Below are positions 38,981 through 43,448 of a stretch of DNA of 43,448 bases, piece after piece (positions within the stretch are counted from its first letter, which is position 1; every line of letters starts with the position of its first letter). The DNA lies in sequence record SRR31156797_2522. One strand, 5' to 3'. The notes beneath the pieces are model-generated. The model was given only the letters and a program-made list of their open reading frames with translations. It did not search any database and was not told the DNA's origin. Both the position numbers and the translations under genes were made by a program.

Positions 38981-39637
38981 TTAATGAACGGAGACGGATT
39001 TTTCCGCTATCTCTTTTAACAGCTCAATCAGCATTTCTGTCGATTGTGCTCCGGAGACAAGATGTTTCTGTTCGATGATGATTGCAGGAACTGCTTGTAT
39101 TCCCGCTTGAAGCCACTGCTGTTCAGTGTTGGCGACGGCCGTTGCCCAAGATTCATCTTGCAGTACATTGCGACATTCTTCTTCGTCTAATCCTGCTTCT
39201 ACGGCAATTTCGAGCAGAACGTCTGGTTGATCCATTACTTTCCCATGACAGAAATAGGCTTCAAACAGTGCCATTTCTAGCTCATTTTGTTTGTGATGCT
39301 GATTGGCCCACATAAGTAGCTGATGCGCTTTGCGGGTGTTGTAGATACGCATATCGTCGGAAAAGTTGAAAAGAAATCCCACTTCTTCACCCAGGCGGGT
39401 TAATGCCTCACGTGATTCAATGCTGGTTTGAGTCGTAGTGCCATACTTTCTGGCGAGGTGTTCACGTAAGTTTTCTCCACCTTCGGCCATGGTAGGGTTT
39501 AGTTCAAAAGGGTGCCAATGTATCTCTGCGCTGATCTCGCTCGATAATTGTTTAAGCGCCATTTGCAGGCGTTTATATCCAATAATGCACCAAGGGCATA
39601 CTACATCGGAAACAATATCGATTCTTAGGCTACGCAT
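38981..39637 (-). CDS. DsbA family oxidoreductase, FrnE subfamily
   Basis: SDVVCPWC, HPFELNP, cis-Pro AVP, VSGAQ; ATG 39637 after GGAGG. Confidence 0.93.
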   Translation of the reverse strand: MRSLRIDIVSDVVCPWCIIGYKRLQMALKQLSSEISAEIHWHPFELNPTMAEGGENLREHLARKYGTTTQTSIESREALTRLGEEVGFLFNFSDDMRIYNTRKAHQLLMWANQHHKQNELEMALFEAYFCHGKVMDQPDVLLEIAVEAGLDEEECRNVLQDESWATAVANTEQQWLQAGIQAVPAIIIEQKHLVSGAQSTEMLIELLKEIAEKSVSVH

Positions 39638-39934
39638 AACATCCTCCGCTGGATTATGGCTCACTTTAGAGAAACAAAGTCAGTTTGAAAATTATACTTT
39701 AAGTATAGCTTTTGTACGTTGTCTATACTGTTACAAGGTTAAGGATTGACCGTATTGAGGGTAAGTGTGCTGGTCTACGCCCTTGAACTCCACCACGATA
39801 AAGTTTGAAAAGGTGGATTTCAAGCCAATTGGATAACTTATACTCAATCACAGAGTAAGGGCAGTTAGCCCTAACAAACCGCGCATTCATAGTTGATTTT
39901 CTTTCGGTTTGTAAACTAACAAGGAGTTACTACA

Positions 39935-41302
39935 ATGAGTCTTCATCAGCCTACTGACGTCATTTTGCACGCGTTCGACTGGCCGTATTCTCTCGTTGCC
40001 AAGCGAGCATCACAAATTCATCAAGCAGGGTATAAAGCCGTGCTTGTTTCCCCTCCAATGAAATCAGCGAAAAACAGCCAAGGAACCCAATGGTGGCAGC
40101 GTTATCAGCCTCAAGATTATCGCGTTATTGATAATCAGCTGGGTGATACCGAATCGTTCCATCATATGGTTACGGTGTTGAAAGAGTTGGGTGTCCATGT
40201 TTATGCCGATGTTGTTTTTAACCACATGGCGAATGAATCAAAAAAGCGTTTAGATCTTCAGTATCCAAGCGCCGAATGTATGCAAGAATACCAAAAAGCG
40301 TCTCGTTACTACAGTAAACAGGTGCTGTTTGGTGATTTATCACAGCCACTGTTCAATGAAGATGACTTTGTTGAAGCATTTGGCATCAAAGATTGGAAAG
40401 ATAAGTGGCAGGTGCAAAACGGACGTATCACGGGGGGGCCTCATGATCAGGGTCTACCGACATTACGCGGTAGTGAACATGTGGTCAAAATGCAGCAGTC
40501 TTATCTGAAAGCGCTCAAGAATATGGGCGTAAAAGGGTTCCGCATCGATGCTGCAAAACATATGACGATTGAACACCTTAAAAAGGTTTGGACCGAAGAG
40601 ATAATCAAAGATACCCATATCTTTGGTGAAATCATCACTGATGGCGGCTCAACCAAAGAGGAGTATCAACTGTTTTTACAACCTTACCTGGCAGAAACGC
40701 GGCTGGGTGCTTATGATTTCCCATTATTTCAAACCGTTTTCAATGCGATGCAAAAAGCGGGCAGTTTGAAATGGTTAATTGACCCTTACTGTTTTGGTGA
40801 AGCTTTGTCTAAAGATAGGGCGATCACGTTTGCGATCACCCATGACATTCCGAACAACGACGTTTTCCTTGAGCTGGTCATGGATGAAGCTCTCGAAAGT
40901 CTGACTTATACTTACATTCTTGGTCGAGATGGTGGTGTTCCGTTAATCTATACCGATTTGGACACCAGTGGTATTAAAGATAAATCAGGCGTGCCTCGCT
41001 GGTTAAACTCTTGGCAAGATCCAAGTCTGATAGCGAAAATTTCTTTTCATAATCAAATGCATGGTTTACCCATGAAGATCATTGAGGCGAGTGACGATTT
41101 ATTGGTATTTAGCCGAGGAGAGCAGGGGGTTGTCGTCATCAACAAATCTCAGCGACTCCAACAGGTAGAGCTGAACTGGAATCAACCAATGCAGGATGTC
41201 ATTAGTAAAAAAGAGTTCGCAACGGACGGGGTTAAAGTCATGCTGAATGCAGAGCCTGTTTCTAGTTACATGCTTTGTCCAGTTGAGTCAAAATCTGCTT
41301 AA
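39935..41302 (+). CDS. GH13 alpha-amylase family protein without signal peptide
   Basis: ILHAFDW, WWQRYQP, DVVFNH, GFRIDAAKH, FGE, THD; SD AAGGAG. Confidence 0.93.
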   Translation: MSLHQPTDVILHAFDWPYSLVAKRASQIHQAGYKAVLVSPPMKSAKNSQGTQWWQRYQPQDYRVIDNQLGDTESFHHMVTVLKELGVHVYADVVFNHMANESKKRLDLQYPSAECMQEYQKASRYYSKQVLFGDLSQPLFNEDDFVEAFGIKDWKDKWQVQNGRITGGPHDQGLPTLRGSEHVVKMQQSYLKALKNMGVKGFRIDAAKHMTIEHLKKVWTEEIIKDTHIFGEIITDGGSTKEEYQLFLQPYLAETRLGAYDFPLFQTVFNAMQKAGSLKWLIDPYCFGEALSKDRAITFAITHDIPNNDVFLELVMDEALESLTYTYILGRDGGVPLIYTDLDTSGIKDKSGVPRWLNSWQDPSLIAKISFHNQMHGLPMKIIEASDDLLVFSRGEQGVVVINKSQRLQQVELNWNQPMQDVISKKEFATDGVKVMLNAEPVSSYMLCPVESKSA

Positions 41303-41340
41303 GGTTTAAAGGTTGGTCGTATAAAACCTTTTTTATCGAC

Positions 41341-41368
41341 AAAAAAATGCCGCAATAAATATTGCGGC
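41341..41368 (-). terminator. Orphan intrinsic terminator for a minus-strand transcript
   Basis: Minus strand GCCGCAAT-ATTT-ATTGCGGC-ATTTTTTT; the U-tract exists only in the minus orientation. Confidence 0.8.
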
Positions 41369-41516
41369 GATTGTCCATGAAAACAGCAGCAGTTAACTGG
41401 GGGGTAACTTGCTTAATATAAAAAAGAGTACCCCAATATCATGCGCTTGCTTGGTAAACTTTGTGCTCGGTTTATGAAAGAGTTATGTCAGGAAATGTAG
41501 TGCTGTTATTGCACTG
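41341..41516 (-). ncRNA. Candidate small regulatory RNA (~175 nt)
   Basis: Orphan terminator, a -10-like TAGTAT (41523-41528, minus), 5' hairpin AGTGC/GCACT, internal hairpin GGGGTA/TACCCC, and no credible ORF. Confidence 0.55.
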
Positions 41517-41656
41517 GCATTCATACTATTTAACTAAAATAATCTTCAATCTCTAAACTATAGTTAATAAGAATATTAGTAAGAGGTTATGAATAAGGAA
41601 ACTCAACAATTTATGGCAACGGATAAAGATTAGTACAATCTTAGAGTGAAAAATAC

Positions 41657-41687
41657 AAATCCCCAGCATTATTTGCTGGGGATTTTC
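41657..41687. terminator. Second orphan hairpin or terminator
   Basis: AAATCCCCAGCA-ttatt-TGCTGGGGATTT, a perfect 12-bp stem with no long ORF ending nearby. Confidence 0.7.
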
Positions 41688-41996
41688 TATTATGAGCCAT
41701 AATGAATTTTCAAATAACCTCTGTGAGGTCGACGTTGTCAGCATTGAATATTTTCTAGGGGGAAAATAAGGAGACACCATTAAAGCTAGTTGTGATTACC
41801 TAAAAGCGCAAAGTTGTAAATGAGATTGTTTTCACCTTTTGTAGTTGTTTGTGATGTTTATTCCATCTATATGTTGTAGTGAAACTCATATTTTAAATTA
41901 TGACACGTAAATCGTGCGTTAGAAGGCTGCGCGATCTGCAACGATAATGGATTGCCACCATCCATTGAAATAAAGCGGTTAGAAAGTTACTAAAAA

Positions 41997-42037
41997 CTGA
42001 TTTATAGCAATTACCAAGTTTGAATAACCCGTAGTAT
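41997..42037 (+). promoter_or_regulatory. Putative FNR-dependent class II promoter of pepT
   Basis: CTGAT-TTAT-AGCAA (41997-42010; consensus TTGAT-N4-ATCAA, two mismatches) with -10 TAGTAT at 42032-42037, placing the site near -41. Confidence 0.55.
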
Positions 42038-42173
42038 GTAATGCAATATGCTGCGTATTAATTTAGAACCACGTTATAACTATTATCTATAGGTTTGTTA
42101 GTGAGCGCAGCAAGCATACAGCGGAGCGCGACAAACTCTCTTGCTGAGTCTGATATTTAAGAGAGAATCTACT

Positions 42174-43409
42174 ATGGAAAACCTAATCGAACGCTTTTTG
42201 CATTACGTAACTTTTGATACGCAATCAAAACCGAAGAATAACCACTGTCCCAGCTCCACCGGGCAAAAGGTGTTTGCTCAGTTTCTCTATGAGGAGCTGA
42301 TGGCGTTAGGTTTATCTGATGTCACGATGGATAAGCATGGCTATGTGATGGCTAAGTTGAAGTCCAATGTCGATTACAAAGTTCCGGCCATTGGGTTCAT
42401 CGCACACATGGATACAGCTCCGGACGCCTCTGGTAAGAATGTTGTTCCACAAATTGTTGAAAACTATCAAGGTGGTGACATCGCATTAGGTAAAGGTGAT
42501 GAAGTTCTGTCGCCGATTCAATATCCTGAGTTGCATCAACTGCACGGTTACAACTTGATTACCACCGACGGTAAGACATTATTAGGGGCAGACAACAAAG
42601 CGGGAATCGCTGAGATTATCAGCGCTGTTGAAATGTTAATTGCCGATCCTTCTATTCCTCATGGCGATATTTGTATCGCTTTCACTCCCGATGAAGAAAT
42701 TGGCCGTGGTGCGAACTATTTCGACGTAGAAAAGTTCGGGGCGCAGTGGGCTTATACTATTGATGGCGGACCTATTGGTGAGCTTGAGTATGAGAACTTC
42801 CATGCAGCGACGGCACATGTGATTTGTCATGGTGTCAGTGTTCACCCTGGAACGGCGAAGGATAAACTCGTCAATGCGATGCACATTGCATCTAAGTTTG
42901 TGCTGATGATGCCGGAAGAAGAAACACCGGAACATACCGATGGCTATGAAGGTTTCTATCATCTAAGTTCAGCGCAAATGGGAGTGGCTAAATCACAATT
43001 AGATTACATACTACGTGACTTTGAGCGTGACGGTTTGGAAAGAAGAAAGAACTTCATGCAGCAAACCGTTGATACCATTAATCAGCAACTGACGAAAGGA
43101 AGTGTTGAGTTAGAGATTCATGACAGCTACGCGAACATGAAAGAGATGGTTGAGCCGCATCCGCATATCATCGAGCTGGCCAAAGTCTCAATGGAAGCAT
43201 GTGATGTTGAACCGCTGATCAAACCGATTCGTGGTGGAACGGATGGTGCTCGGTTATCGTTTATGGGGTTACCTTGTCCTAACTTATTTACCGGAGGGTA
43301 TAACTTCCATGGCATCCACGAATTTATAACCATTGAAGGGATGGAGCAGGCGGTAAAAGTGATTGTGACTTTGGCAGAGAAAACCGCTTGTCATTATATG
43401 CCTAAGTAA
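42174..43409 (+). CDS. pepT: Peptidase T (M20B tripeptide aminopeptidase)
   Basis: [40 protein letters not shown] 42174. Confidence 0.96.
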   Translation: MENLIERFLHYVTFDTQSKPKNNHCPSSTGQKVFAQFLYEELMALGLSDVTMDKHGYVMAKLKSNVDYKVPAIGFIAHMDTAPDASGKNVVPQIVENYQGGDIALGKGDEVLSPIQYPELHQLHGYNLITTDGKTLLGADNKAGIAEIISAVEMLIADPSIPHGDICIAFTPDEEIGRGANYFDVEKFGAQWAYTIDGGPIGELEYENFHAATAHVICHGVSVHPGTAKDKLVNAMHIASKFVLMMPEEETPEHTDGYEGFYHLSSAQMGVAKSQLDYILRDFERDGLERRKNFMQQTVDTINQQLTKGSVELEIHDSYANMKEMVEPHPHIIELAKVSMEACDVEPLIKPIRGGTDGARLSFMGLPCPNLFTGGYNFHGIHEFITIEGMEQAVKVIVTLAEKTACHYMPK

Positions 43410-43448
43410 CCATTTCTGCCGTTATTAAGCTTGACCTGAACTCGTTGA

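Noticed and set aside
39840-39934. Possible riboswitch in the amylase leader
   Set aside because: Only a short hairpin (AGGGC/GCCCT); no conserved motifs of c-di-GMP or other riboswitch classes that I recognise.
41378-41422. Plus-strand mini-ORF MKTAAVNWGVTCLI
   Set aside because: No SD; better explained as the complement of the candidate sRNA seed.
41553-41780. 75-aa minus-strand ORF in the long intergenic region
   Set aside because: No SD, reads through a terminator-like hairpin, and its composition reflects AT-rich DNA.
322-43333. Many 60-136 aa ORFs overlapping or antisense to the called genes (e.g. 322-669, 5484-5819, 10261-10605, 15515-15925, 33591-33944, 42636-42962)
   Set aside because: Shadow frames of well-supported genes, with no recognisable motifs.
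1-43448. Mobile elements, integron attC/VCR repeats, CRISPR arrays, tRNA/rRNA or defence systems
   Set aside because: No integrase, transposase, cas or nuclease genes, and no periodic repeats or structural RNA signatures seen.

Overview
A gene-dense chromosomal segment from a Vibrio species; genus and probable chromosome II location are inferred from gene content and order. It contains: a MoxR-DUF58-DUF4381-BatA/BatB-TPR/BatD operon followed by a DUF3820 gene; a sigma28-driven chemoreceptor; a phosphohexomutase; a caa3-type cytochrome c oxidase cluster with assembly genes; a divergent MBL-hydrolase/TetR pair; aroG; a secreted vWA protein with a PEP-CTERM-like tail; a MATE pump; an Aer-like receptor; trmY plus a GFA gene; a cold-shock gene; a PaaI thioesterase; a lutABC (lldEFG)-dld-II lactate operon with divergent LysR; a small helical hypothetical gene opposite a LonC-type protease; FrnE/DsbA; a cytoplasmic GH13 amylase; and pepT. 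No tRNA, rRNA, CRISPR array, integrase or transposase was seen. The best candidates for undescribed biology are: (1) the orphan PEP-CTERM vWA gene with an apparent sigma54/IHF/enhancer promoter and a T11 tract; (2) the ~870-bp ORF-free region between the amylase and pepT, which holds two orphan terminator hairpins and probably one or two small RNAs; (3) a Sco-like CxxxC protein in the cox operon; (4) archaeal-type trmY coupled to a GFA gene. All assignments come from motif reading and recalled family knowledge; no searches were run.
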